Below, in pieces: positions 44,060 to 53,778 of a stretch of DNA of 64,000 nt. The translations under genes and the position numbers were made by a program. The stretch is from Opitutia bacterium. GTDB lineage: Bacteria > Verrucomicrobiota > Verrucomicrobiia > Opitutales > Opitutaceae. Location of the stretch: positions 224,001 through 288,000 of the forward strand of contig CANJVR010000001.1 of assembly GCA_947478395.1 (NCBI GenBank). The letters are read 5' to 3'. The notes under the pieces are model-generated. The model worked only from the letters and a program-made list of their open reading frames with translations. It was not told the DNA's origin and made no database searches. How positions within the stretch are numbered: the first letter of the stretch is position 1; every line of letters starts with the position of its first letter.

Positions 44060-45508
44060 ATGAGTCCCGCCGAATCTCCCTTTGAAATCATCGAACTCGA
44101 ACGGCTTTTGCAAAAGCCGAACAGCGATCCGACGGGGCTCGCGGGATTTTTCAACGCCGGGGAAATTCTTGTCTCCCGCGTACCCGCCCGCCTCGACGTG
44201 ATGGGCGGCATTGCGGACTACTCAGGGGCCAACGTCTGCGAAGCCGTGCTCGGACGCGGCACCCTCATCGCGTTGCAGTCCCGCACCGACCGCACGCTTC
44301 GCATCCGCACCGTGCAAACGGGCCGCACAAGCCTGCCCATCGAAACGCGCATCCCCCTCGATTATTTTCAGCAAGGCGACGGCCTCGCCTCGTACGCTCA
44401 TGTGCGCGAGGTCTGCCAGGCCAACCCGCTCGCCGGTTGGGCCGCGTACGTCGGCGGCAGTATTTTTACGCTGCTCAAAGAGGAGGGCATCCGGATGCCG
44501 TACGGTTTTAGCCTGATGTTGCTCAGCGCGGTCCCGATGAACGTCGGCATCGGCAGCTCTGCCGCGACGGAAGTCGCCGTGCTCGCCGGCGTGAGCGCTC
44601 ACCTCGGCCTCGCGCTCAGCGGCGACCGTCTCGCGCAACTCGGACAGATGGCCGAAAATCATGTCGTCGGCGCACCGTGTGGCATCATGGACCAAATCGC
44701 GGTGGCGCTTGGCCGGCGCGGCAAACTCACGCACATCCTCTGTCGCCCCGGTGCCGTCATGGGCGAAGTCGAAATTCCGCGCGGCACCGGCTTTGTTGGC
44801 ATCAACTCGATGGTCCGCCACTCCGTCGCCGGGAGTCCGTACTCCGACACGCGCATCGGGGCGTTCATGGGCAAACGTATCATCAACGACCTCCGCGCCC
44901 GGCAGGGTCGCACGGCGGTGAACTATCTGACTGAGCTCACGCCCGAAGAGTTTGCCCGCGACTATCGTTCCATTCTGCCGGAGACGATTGAGGGCGCGGC
45001 GTTCATCGCCCAGCACAAGACGCACGACGACTCGGTGACGACCATTCAACCGGGCGCCAGCTATCGCGTGGCCGGACCCACCACACACCCGGTCGAGGAG
45101 AACGACCGCGTCCTGCGCTTCATGGACGCGTTACGCGCCGGCGCCACCGGAGACGAAGCGGCGCTCACCCTAGCAGGGGAATTGATGTACGGCGCACACG
45201 CGAGTTATCGGGACAACTGTCATCTGTCCGTGGACGAAGTGGATTTCCTCGTGGAAAGCGTGCGCCGGCTCGGCGTGAAAAAAGGGCTTTACGGCGCCAA
45301 AATCACCGGCGGCGGCACCGGCGGCACCGTGGCGGTATTCGGCAAACTGGATGCACTGCAGGAACACATCCCGGCGATCGCGCTGGAATACTCGCGCCGC
45401 ATCGGCCGCATGCCGGACATCTTCGAAGGCACTTCGCCAGGCGCCTGTGAGTTCGGCGCGCGCCGGTATCACTTCGGCCCGAAAGGCTGGCAACGGCTCG
45501 GCGCCTGA
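44060..45508 (+). CDS. GHMP sugar kinase, L-arabinokinase/galactokinase-like
   Basis: PARLDVMGGIADYSG, PMNVGIGSSAA, ENHVVGAPCGIMDQ, GAKITGGGTGG. Confidence 0.88.
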   Translation: MSPAESPFEIIELERLLQKPNSDPTGLAGFFNAGEILVSRVPARLDVMGGIADYSGANVCEAVLGRGTLIALQSRTDRTLRIRTVQTGRTSLPIETRIPLDYFQQGDGLASYAHVREVCQANPLAGWAAYVGGSIFTLLKEEGIRMPYGFSLMLLSAVPMNVGIGSSAATEVAVLAGVSAHLGLALSGDRLAQLGQMAENHVVGAPCGIMDQIAVALGRRGKLTHILCRPGAVMGEVEIPRGTGFVGINSMVRHSVAGSPYSDTRIGAFMGKRIINDLRARQGRTAVNYLTELTPEEFARDYRSILPETIEGAAFIAQHKTHDDSVTTIQPGASYRVAGPTTHPVEENDRVLRFMDALRAGATGDEAALTLAGELMYGAHASYRDNCHLSVDEVDFLVESVRRLGVKKGLYGAKITGGGTGGTVAVFGKLDALQEHIPAIALEYSRRIGRMPDIFEGTSPGACEFGARRYHFGPKGWQRLGA

Positions 45509-45613
45509 GCGACCAAGCCGGAGCTCACAAAAGAACGGAAAGAATCAAAAGAAGACTCGCTCAAGCCACCCGAGCCTTAGCTTCTTTCAGTTCTTCGGTT
45601 AAAAACGCTTCTC

Positions 45614-46507
45614 ATGCCCGCCATCCGCAAAGCTGTCGTCCCCGCTGCCGGCCTCGGCACGCGTCACTTCCCCGCGTCGCATGCGGTAATGAAGGAGTTG
45701 TTTCCCGTCGTCGGCCCCGACGGTATCAACCGCGCGCTGATCCACTATCATCTGATCGAACTCGCCGCGGCGGGCATCGAGGAAATCTGTATCATCGTTC
45801 AGCCCGGTGACGACGTCACCATCCGGCGTTATTTCGAAGGCCCGGGCGACGCGTACCTCAAACGCCTCGCCAAATATCCCGCCCTGCTCGAGGAAGCGCA
45901 GCGCATGAGGACCTGGGTCGACCGTCTGCATTTTCGCGAACAGAAAACCCAGGAAGGCTATGGCCACGCTGTTTTCCAAACTTCAGATTTTGCCGCGGGC
46001 GAGCCGGTCCTGCTTTGTCTCGGCGATCACCTCTTTCGCGGCGCACCCGACTCACCGCATATCGCACTCGTGCGGGCCGCTGAGCAGGCGGGAGGCAAAA
46101 GCGTCTCCGCCGTGAACCGCATCGGCCCGGCTGAGTTGCGCGGCTTCGGCACCATCGCCGGCCGCCGCCGCACCGGGCAGCCGGAGCTGATCGACGTCGA
46201 TCTCATCATCGAAAAGCCCGATATCGCAACCGCCCGCGGCCGACTGCGCGTCGATGGACTCGGTGACGACGAGTTCCTCGGTTGGTTCGGCATGCACGTG
46301 CTCGCGCCGTCCATCTACGACGTGCTCGCCCGCATGATCCGCGACAACGTACGCGATGGCGGTGAGTTCCAGCTCACGCGCGCGCAGGAGTTGCAACGTC
46401 AGGCCGACGGCTACCTCGCGCTCGAAATCACACGCGGACGGCGTTTCGATTTCGGCATTCCGGACGATTTCGTCACGGCCTTGCAGGCGTTTCGCCGGGC
46501 GGATTGA
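45614..46507 (+). CDS. Sugar-1-phosphate nucleotidyltransferase (GalU-like)
   Basis: KAVVPAAGLGTR..KEL, Q..QEGYGHAV, IEKP, GEFQLT. Confidence 0.88.
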   Translation: MPAIRKAVVPAAGLGTRHFPASHAVMKELFPVVGPDGINRALIHYHLIELAAAGIEEICIIVQPGDDVTIRRYFEGPGDAYLKRLAKYPALLEEAQRMRTWVDRLHFREQKTQEGYGHAVFQTSDFAAGEPVLLCLGDHLFRGAPDSPHIALVRAAEQAGGKSVSAVNRIGPAELRGFGTIAGRRRTGQPELIDVDLIIEKPDIATARGRLRVDGLGDDEFLGWFGMHVLAPSIYDVLARMIRDNVRDGGEFQLTRAQELQRQADGYLALEITRGRRFDFGIPDDFVTALQAFRRAD

Positions 46508-46519
46508 GCGGACGTCACT

Positions 46520-46596
46520 GTGGGCGGGGTGCCCTCACCCCGCGAGCGACGTTACAGCTCGGCGAGGCTTTTAAGGGTGAGGCCACCCCGCCTCCA
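46520..46596. repeat. REP doublet, GGGGTGCCCTCACCCC family
   Basis: gtgggcggggtgccctcaccccgc ... gggtgaggccaccccgcctcca. Confidence 0.75.
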
Positions 46597-46735
46597 TTCA
46601 ACCAAGCGGCCTTTCTCGCTTCGACTCCGAGCCGTAACCCCCGCTTGATTTTTTCCCGCGCTCGCTAGAATGGCGGGCTCTTCAGACTCTTGGGTCTGTC
46701 CATCCATCGCCAATCACTCTTTAAACCACCCTTCC

Positions 46736-48577
46736 ATGTCCACCGCCACGCCGCAAAAATTCGAGTTCCAAGCCGAGATCAAACAGCTGCTCGATATCGT
46801 CATCCACTCGCTTTACACGGAGAAGGAAATCTTCGTTCGCGAACTGGTTTCCAACGCCTCCGACGCCTTGGAAAAACTGCGCCACACGCAGATCACCGAG
46901 AAGGATATCTTCGACGACAAGGCCGAGCTGGAGATCAACCTCACGACCGACGACAAGGCAAAGACCCTCACGATTCAGGATTTCGGCATCGGCATGACGC
47001 GAGCCGAGCTGATCGAAAATCTCGGAACCATCGCCCATTCCGGTTCAAAACAATTCCTGAAAGCCCTCGGCGAGGGCGGCGCCAAGGGCGCCAATCTGAT
47101 CGGCCAGTTCGGCGTCGGCTTCTACTCCGCGTTCATGGTCGCGAAATCCGTCAAAGTTTATTCACACTCATGGCGGGCGAGCGAACCCGGTCACGTGTGG
47201 ACCAGCGATGGCTCGGGTAGCTACGAGATCGAGGAGGCGGCCGATCTTCGCCGCGGCAGCAAGATCGTGATCGAGTTGAAGGACGACTGCGCCGACTTCG
47301 CCGAGGAATGGAAGATCAAGGAAATCCTCGAGCGTTACAGCGCGTTCGTGTCGGTGCCCATCAATCTTAACGGCAAACGCATCAACACCGTCCAAGCCCT
47401 GTGGCTGCGCTCGAAAAACGAGGTCAAGGACGAGGAATACACCGAGTTCTACAAATTCCAGGCCCACGCTCACGACGAGCCCCGTCTGCGGCTGCACTTC
47501 AGCGCCGACGCACCGCTCTCGATCAACGCGCTGCTTTTCGTGCCGCAGAGCAACACCGAGAAATTCGGCATGGCGCGCAGCGAACCGGCCATTTCTCTTT
47601 ACTGCCGCAAGGTGCTGATCGACGCGAAACCCAAGGACTTGCTGCCCGAGTGGCTGCGCTTCCTTAAAGGTGTGGTCGATAGTGAAGACCTGCCGCTCAA
47701 CATTTCCCGCGAGACGATGCAGGACCGCTCGTTGATCGAAAAGTTAAACAAGGTCATCACGAAGCGTTTCCTCAAATTCCTTGCTGACGAATCGAGCGCG
47801 CGGCCCGACGCCTACAACGAGTTCTACGCCGAATTCGGTGTCTTCCTGAAGGAGGGCGCCGCGCTCGACTTCACGCATAAGGAGCAGCTGACCAAATTAC
47901 TCCGCTACGAATCGTCGCTCACCGAAAAGGGGAAGACCACCGCCCTCACCGACTACGTTTCTCGGATGGGCGCAGACCAAAAGGAGATTTTTTATCTCGT
48001 CGGTCCCAATCGCACCGCAATCGAAAGCGGTCCCTACCTCGAAGGCTTCAAGGCCCGCAATCTCGAGGTGTTATTCTGCTACGAGCCCGTCGATGAATAC
48101 GTGATGAACAACGTCCGCGAATTCGACGGCAAGAAGCTCACCGCCGCCGATCATGCCGACGTAAAGCTCGCGGACCTGCCGAAACCGGAAGGCGCGCTCA
48201 GCGAGGACGAAACCCAAAAACTCACCACGTGGCTAAAAGAAACGCTCGGCGAACGCGTCGCCGAAGTGAAAGCCAGCGACCGCCTCGTCGACTCACCGGC
48301 CCTTGCGATCAACTCCGATAAATTCATGTCGCCCCAAATGCGCCGGATGATGAAGGCGATGAAGAAAGACGGCGCGGACGAACCCGTGAAAGTGAACTTG
48401 GAGATCAATCCTCGTTCGGCGGTGATGAAACGCCTGGCCGAAACCCACGTTTCCTCGCCCGAAAAAGCGAAGCTCGTGGCCGAGCAGATCCTCGACAACG
48501 CCCTCATCTCGGCCGGACTTCTGGACGACGCTACGCCGATGGTCGCGCGACTCTACAAATTGCTGGAGAGCGTCTAA
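46736..48577 (+). CDS. htpG: Chaperone HtpG (Hsp90)
   Basis: FQAEIKQLL, RELVSNASDA, IGQFGVGFYSAF, DLPLNISRE. Confidence 0.97.
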   Translation: MSTATPQKFEFQAEIKQLLDIVIHSLYTEKEIFVRELVSNASDALEKLRHTQITEKDIFDDKAELEINLTTDDKAKTLTIQDFGIGMTRAELIENLGTIAHSGSKQFLKALGEGGAKGANLIGQFGVGFYSAFMVAKSVKVYSHSWRASEPGHVWTSDGSGSYEIEEAADLRRGSKIVIELKDDCADFAEEWKIKEILERYSAFVSVPINLNGKRINTVQALWLRSKNEVKDEEYTEFYKFQAHAHDEPRLRLHFSADAPLSINALLFVPQSNTEKFGMARSEPAISLYCRKVLIDAKPKDLLPEWLRFLKGVVDSEDLPLNISRETMQDRSLIEKLNKVITKRFLKFLADESSARPDAYNEFYAEFGVFLKEGAALDFTHKEQLTKLLRYESSLTEKGKTTALTDYVSRMGADQKEIFYLVGPNRTAIESGPYLEGFKARNLEVLFCYEPVDEYVMNNVREFDGKKLTAADHADVKLADLPKPEGALSEDETQKLTTWLKETLGERVAEVKASDRLVDSPALAINSDKFMSPQMRRMMKAMKKDGADEPVKVNLEINPRSAVMKRLAETHVSSPEKAKLVAEQILDNALISAGLLDDATPMVARLYKLLESV

Positions 48578-48690
48578 ATTACTCGCCCATCGGCTCCACC
48601 CTTCAATTGATCGACCACTTCGGGTAAATCGAGACCGAGAAAAGCAAAGTCACGAAGCCGAGAGCCGCGCCGTTTCCGCCAGGTTTGCAC

Positions 48691-48716
48691 CGAGGGAATG
48701 TCACTTAATAGGTGAC
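48691..48716. repeat. 26-bp palindromic motif, copy 2
   Basis: Identical to 29264-29289. Confidence 0.75.
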
Positions 48717-48859
48717 GTTCACGGCGGGCTCCGAGAACGAACGTCGCGCTCCCGACGACCGAGGAACGACGAATTGGATCGCGGGCGAATTCGCTCCCTT
48801 CTAATCCGTCTCCCCGCTTGCGGAGGGGCCGAACGACCGCAACTATTGGCGAACTAGCG

Positions 48860-49693
48860 ATGTACGGATACGAATCTTCAGACGAACATCAGCCCGTGAC
48901 CTGGTTCCGCGGTCATCCGGTATACGCTGCGCATCTCATCGTAGTTGGGTTCGTCGCGTCGATGCTGGTCACGACGTTTTTTGCGCTCTTCAAGATCGAT
49001 CCCCTGCTCGACTGGCTCACGTTCACGAGCGCCGAAGTACTCAAGGGGCAGATCTGGCGCGTCTTCACGTACGGACTGGTGAATCCGCCCCGTCTGCAGT
49101 TCGCCATCGATATGGCGATGATCGTGTGGTTTGGCCGCGAGGTGGAACGGTTTCTGGGGCGGCGGCCTTTTTTCATGCTGTACGCGGGGCTTTATCTGCT
49201 TTCGCCGCTGCTCTTCACCGCGATCGGACCCTGGCGATCCCTGTCGCTGGCAGGTGAAACGGGCGCTTTCGCCCTCTTCATCGCGTTCGCGACGCTGTAC
49301 CCAAGCGTTCCGCTGCTCTTCAATATTCTCGCCCAGTGGATGGCGTTGATCCTGTTCGGGCTCTTCAGCCTGATGGCCTTGGCGGCCCGCGACGGCGTCG
49401 GCCTGCTGTCCCTTTGGGTCACCAGCGGATTCGCTTTCGGTTTCGTACGTTTCCAACAAGGAAGATTTAATCTTCCGACGCTTTCCTTCCTTCGGCCCAA
49501 ACCGAAATTGCGCCTGGTGCCGGATTTGGAACCGACGAAAAAGCCAGCGAGCGCAGACCGAGACAAGGCATCGGCCATGGCGGAAGTCGACGCGCTGCTC
49601 GACAAGATCGCACGCTCGGGGATTTCGAGCCTTACCGCAAAGGAACGCGCCAAGCTCGACGCCGCGGCGCAAGTGACAAAGCGCCGCCGCTAA
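48860..49693 (+). CDS. Rhomboid-like membrane protein with C-terminal soluble tail
   Basis: GQIWRVFTY, FGREVE, FATLYP; tail EVDALLDKIARSGISSLTAKER. Confidence 0.82.
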   Translation: MYGYESSDEHQPVTWFRGHPVYAAHLIVVGFVASMLVTTFFALFKIDPLLDWLTFTSAEVLKGQIWRVFTYGLVNPPRLQFAIDMAMIVWFGREVERFLGRRPFFMLYAGLYLLSPLLFTAIGPWRSLSLAGETGAFALFIAFATLYPSVPLLFNILAQWMALILFGLFSLMALAARDGVGLLSLWVTSGFAFGFVRFQQGRFNLPTLSFLRPKPKLRLVPDLEPTKKPASADRDKASAMAEVDALLDKIARSGISSLTAKERAKLDAAAQVTKRRR

Positions 49694-49721
49694 GCGGTCT
49701 AATTTTCCGTGGCCGCTCCAT

Positions 49722-49791
49722 GAAGCGGCTGGCGTCTCTGCCTACCAGGTTCAGTGTTCTCACAACGGCAGGCAGGGACGCCTGCCGCTAC
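49722..49791. repeat. 70-bp GTAG REP doublet (left arm degenerate)
   Basis: Same family as 25481. Confidence 0.8.
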
Positions 49792-49865
49792 GCTGTTAGC
49801 CGCTACGTTTTGGGTTAATCCGGCTTTAGCTAGACTCTGAGGCATCGGCCCCGCGCCCTTCGCCG

Positions 49866-50234
49866 TCAGCGCTTGCGCGTCCGCTTTTTCGGCGACCAGA
49901 CCGCCGTCACCACCGAACTGACGCCGCCTCGGCCTTTCCAGTCGGCGATGATGGTGAGCTCGCGCGGCGCCAGCACCGCTCCGAGGTCGTCGCAAATCTT
50001 GTTCGTCACCGCTTCGAAGAAAATGCCCTTATTGCGGAAAGCATGGAAATAAAGTTTCAGCGATTTCAGCTCCACGCACACTTTGTCAGCGACGTAACGC
50101 ACCGTAATCGCCGCGAAGTCCGGATGCCCGGTCATGGGGCATACCGAGGTAAACTCGTGATGGGTATGCGCGATCACGTAATCGCGATGCGGCGCAGGAC
50201 TGGGAAAAGTTTCGAGGATCTTTGGATCGGCCAT
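49866..50234 (-). CDS. queF: preQ1 synthase (short QueF)
   Basis: EFTSVCPMTGHPDFA, VELKSLKLY, RGG. Confidence 0.93.
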   Translation of the reverse strand: MADPKILETFPSPAPHRDYVIAHTHHEFTSVCPMTGHPDFAAITVRYVADKVCVELKSLKLYFHAFRNKGIFFEAVTNKICDDLGAVLAPRELTIIADWKGRGGVSSVVTAVWSPKKRTRKR

Positions 50235-50354
50235 GGCGTGTAGAGAAATCGAGTCTTGGGTTTTTGGTTTTGAGTTGTCGAGCGGCGAACACAGGGGAAG
50301 TCGCAAGCCGTGACCAACCCAAAACGCGAAACTCAAAAGCGCCCCCTCCAGCGA

Positions 50355-51926
50355 CTACGTCGCCGTCTCGGTGAACCGCGATTCGCGGATGACCGTGATC
50401 TTAATCGTGCTAGGATACTGGAGCTCGTTCTCGATTCGCGCACGCAGCTCCTTCGCGATCTCGCGCGCGCGATCATCGGTTACCTGGTTCGGCGCCACCA
50501 CGACGCGGATTTCACGACCAGCCTGAATTGCAAACGCCTGCTGTACGCCTTCGACCGCGAGCGCCAGTTTCTCCAGGCGATCAAGCCGCTGGATATAGCT
50601 CGTCATCGATTCTGCCCGGGCCCCGGGGCGCGTCGCTGAGATCGTGTCCGCGAGAATTGTCAGACCGGCGTAGATCGTCTCGGGCTTTACTTCCTCATGA
50701 TGAGCCGCGACGGCGTTGATCACGATCGGTGTTTCACCGTAACGCTTGATGAATTCCGCCCCGATGGTCGCGTGGCTGCCTTCGTGTTCGCCCGGCATGG
50801 CCTTGCCGATGTCGTGCAGCAGACCGGCACGTTTAGCGAGATTCGGATCGAGACCGAGTTCACTGGCAATCAGCGAGGCTAGAAACGCGGTCTCAACCGA
50901 GTGATCGAGCACGTTCTGATTATAAGAGAAACGGTATTTCAGTTTGCCGAGCAGCTTGATGATCTCGGGATGCAGGCCGTTGATATTGAGTTTTGTCACG
51001 GCGTCTTCGCCCGCCTGCGTCGTCACCAACTCGATCTCGTCGCGGGCGCGCTGCACAAATTCCTCGATGCTCGACGGGTGGATGCGTCCGTCCTTGACCA
51101 GCGCATCGAGTGCGGAACGAGCGATTTCGCGACGCACGGGATCGAATGACGAGAGCAACACCAGCTGCGGTGATTCGTCGATCAGGAGCGTCACGCCCGT
51201 GGCGGCCTCGAAGGCTTTGATGTTGCGCCCCTCGCGGCCGATGATGCGCCCTTTCATCTCCTCGGTCGGCAGAGGGACGAGGGTCGCGGTCAGATCGTTG
51301 TTCGGCTTGCTGGCGATGCGCTGCATCGAGGCAATCATGATCCGGCGCGCATCCGTTTGCAGTTCCTGTTCGGATTTCTCGAGGGTCGCCCGACGCAGCG
51401 CGCGCAGCTCGTCCTGACATTCGAGCATGACCTCTTCCCGGAGCGTGCGCCGGATTTCCTCGGCGTCCATTTGTGAAACGCCCTCCAGCCGTTTGCGCAC
51501 ACTTTTCGACAAAGCACGGATCGCATCGCGCGCCTGCTTCACCGCCGAGGTCTCGCGATTGATCCGCTCCTGGCGCTGCTCCAACTGGTAGTCCAGCAAC
51601 GCGAGCGACTCCTCGTGGGCGCGGATTTCGCGCAGACGAACGTCCGACTCAATCTCGCGCCGGTCGAACTCCCGGTTCAGGTCGGCGCGTTTTTCCGCGA
51701 TCTCGCCCTCGGCCTTTTGCTTTAATTCCTCGGCGCCGACGGCTGCCTCGCGACGCGCGAACTCAATCAATTCAGCCGCCTGCTCGTGCGCGACGTTTCG
51801 CCGGTTCCGCGCGAAAACCCAAACCCCCGAAAAACCGAGCAATACGCCGACGAAAATGGAGAGCGAAAACGACCGGTTGAACGTGTCACTTTCAGCAATC
51901 AGGAAGGCGAAGTCGGCTGCGCTCAC
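50355..51926 (-). CDS. rny: Ribonuclease Y
   Basis: TM anchor, coiled coil, KH MKGRIIGREGRNI, HD AGLLHDIGKA, RPGAR, AIQAGREIRV; start GTG 51926 approximate. Confidence 0.95.
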   Translation of the reverse strand: MSAADFAFLIAESDTFNRSFSLSIFVGVLLGFSGVWVFARNRRNVAHEQAAELIEFARREAAVGAEELKQKAEGEIAEKRADLNREFDRREIESDVRLREIRAHEESLALLDYQLEQRQERINRETSAVKQARDAIRALSKSVRKRLEGVSQMDAEEIRRTLREEVMLECQDELRALRRATLEKSEQELQTDARRIMIASMQRIASKPNNDLTATLVPLPTEEMKGRIIGREGRNIKAFEAATGVTLLIDESPQLVLLSSFDPVRREIARSALDALVKDGRIHPSSIEEFVQRARDEIELVTTQAGEDAVTKLNINGLHPEIIKLLGKLKYRFSYNQNVLDHSVETAFLASLIASELGLDPNLAKRAGLLHDIGKAMPGEHEGSHATIGAEFIKRYGETPIVINAVAAHHEEVKPETIYAGLTILADTISATRPGARAESMTSYIQRLDRLEKLALAVEGVQQAFAIQAGREIRVVVAPNQVTDDRAREIAKELRARIENELQYPSTIKITVIRESRFTETAT

Positions 51927-52413
51927 TGACGTCAAGTTGCGGGAAATTAGGGGCCGCCTACCAAAGCTCAAGTCTTTCTCCGGCCCAAATGGGCGGGAGA
52001 CCGCGAGTCGAAAAGTTGGTCGCGCAATCCTTAATCAGCCGGCTCATTTCCGCTCTCGCGGCGCCGGGCATGACCACGCGATTCCACGCCATCGCTCCCG
52101 CCAATCCGAGATACCAAAAGTTCCACGACACGACTCTGCAGCGGCCCACAGGGCGGACATGGCAAAGGTCGCAACCGGCTGGACCAAAGCGGGGCCAGAT
52201 GGACTGTGCTCGTGAGCGCGTACTTCGGCTTGGTGATCGAAGGCCCGACGGGCGCGATGGTGTTTTGGGCGGGGGTGAAATTGGCCGCCGCTGGAAGCTC
52301 AGCGAAATAAAATTAGATCGAAACGCACGATTCCGGCGACGCAGCCTTGCCGGATTGGATGGAACTGGTTTCTGCTGGGTGGTCGTAACTTTCGCTTAAC
52401 CGGCCGCCGATTC

Positions 52414-53676
52414 ATGAACCTCGCCTCACCCCTCGTCTACCTCGGGGTCTTTAAGACCACGACGCGGTCGCGTTGGGATGTGCTTACGCCGCTGGCGATC
52501 CTCGGTTTGAGCCTGTTCGGGGTCGCGTTTATTTATTCGGCGCAGCTTCATGCCCACGGCCAGGATTGGATCAAACAAATGGCGTTTCTCGGTTTGGGCG
52601 CGGCGATTTACATCGCGGTTTCGCTGATCGACTACCGCTTTTGGCTGAGTGTCGCGCACTGGTTTTACGTCGTCTGCCTGATTCCGTTGGTCGTGGTGTT
52701 GTTCTTTTCGAGTTCGAGCTCCAGCGCTTGGGGTGCCTCGCGTTGGATCAACTTGGGGTTTTTCCACTATCAGCCGTCGGAAACCGCGAAGATCGCCGTG
52801 CTGTTGATCACGGCGAGCATCCTCATTCGCTCGAAAATCGGCACGATCGCCCAGTCGCTGGGCACGCTGGGGAAATTGGCCCTTGCGGTGGGCGTACCCA
52901 TGTTCCTTATCTGGCGACAACCGGACCTCAAGTCGTTGATCGTCCTGCCTCCGATGGTGTTTTCCATGCTCTATGTTTCCCAGCTTTCCGCGCGTTTTTT
53001 CGCGGCGGCGCTCGGGGCGTTTGTGCTACTGATGGCGATCGTCGGCTGGGATTGCTACCGCTACGTCCAGTTTACGGAAGCGAATGACTACGTTTTCGCA
53101 CCCGACTCAAAGACTCATCGCGAAGTCGTGACAGGCAAGTATCAGGGCCATTCGTGGGTCCCCCTCCTGGATTATCAACGGAACCGGATCCTGACGTATA
53201 TCGCGCCCAACAAGATCGATCCACGCGGCGTAGGAGTAACCTACAATCTCAACCAATCGCTGATCTCAGTCGGCTCCGGCGGCCTGACGGGCAAGGGCTG
53301 GCAGCAAGGTCCGCAGGCGCAGCTCGGCTATCTCCCGCCGACCATCGCCCACAATGATTTTATTTTTTCAGTCATTTCCGAAGAACTCGGTTTTTTGGGA
53401 AGCATCACGGTTCTCGGTCTGTTTGGTCTCGTGTTGTTCAATGGCATCCGCATCGCCGGTCTCTCCCGAGACCGTTTCGGCACCCTGCTCGCCTTAGGCG
53501 TCACGGTGCTGTTCATGGTGCATGTGTTCGTGAACATCGCGATGACCATCGGACTCGTGCCCATCACGGGCATACCGCTTCCTTTCATTAGCTACGGTGG
53601 CTCCTTTGTGCTCAGTTGCTGCTTGCTGCAAGGACTGGTCCAGAGCGTCTATCGCTTCCGAAAGGACTTCGCATGA
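52414..53676 (+). CDS. rodA: Rod shape-determining protein RodA (SEDS)
   Basis: GASRWI, QPSETAK, QPD, YQRNRI, GSGGLTGKG, HNDFIF, GIPLPFISYGGS. Confidence 0.92.
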   Translation: MNLASPLVYLGVFKTTTRSRWDVLTPLAILGLSLFGVAFIYSAQLHAHGQDWIKQMAFLGLGAAIYIAVSLIDYRFWLSVAHWFYVVCLIPLVVVLFFSSSSSSAWGASRWINLGFFHYQPSETAKIAVLLITASILIRSKIGTIAQSLGTLGKLALAVGVPMFLIWRQPDLKSLIVLPPMVFSMLYVSQLSARFFAAALGAFVLLMAIVGWDCYRYVQFTEANDYVFAPDSKTHREVVTGKYQGHSWVPLLDYQRNRILTYIAPNKIDPRGVGVTYNLNQSLISVGSGGLTGKGWQQGPQAQLGYLPPTIAHNDFIFSVISEELGFLGSITVLGLFGLVLFNGIRIAGLSRDRFGTLLALGVTVLFMVHVFVNIAMTIGLVPITGIPLPFISYGGSFVLSCCLLQGLVQSVYRFRKDFA

Positions 53677-53778
53677 AAACCGAAGATTCTTCCCGCGATA
53701 CTGACCGCTCTGCCGGAATTTCCTGCGCCGCAACCGCCCCACATCGGTGCCCCGGGCCCAACCCGCATAGCACCCACC

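Noticed and set aside
51930..52410. 6S RNA or other ncRNA upstream of rny
   Set aside because: Position is suggestive, but I see only a degenerate REP-like palindrome (~52015-52087) and no convincing long rod structure; an Infernal/Rfam scan would decide.
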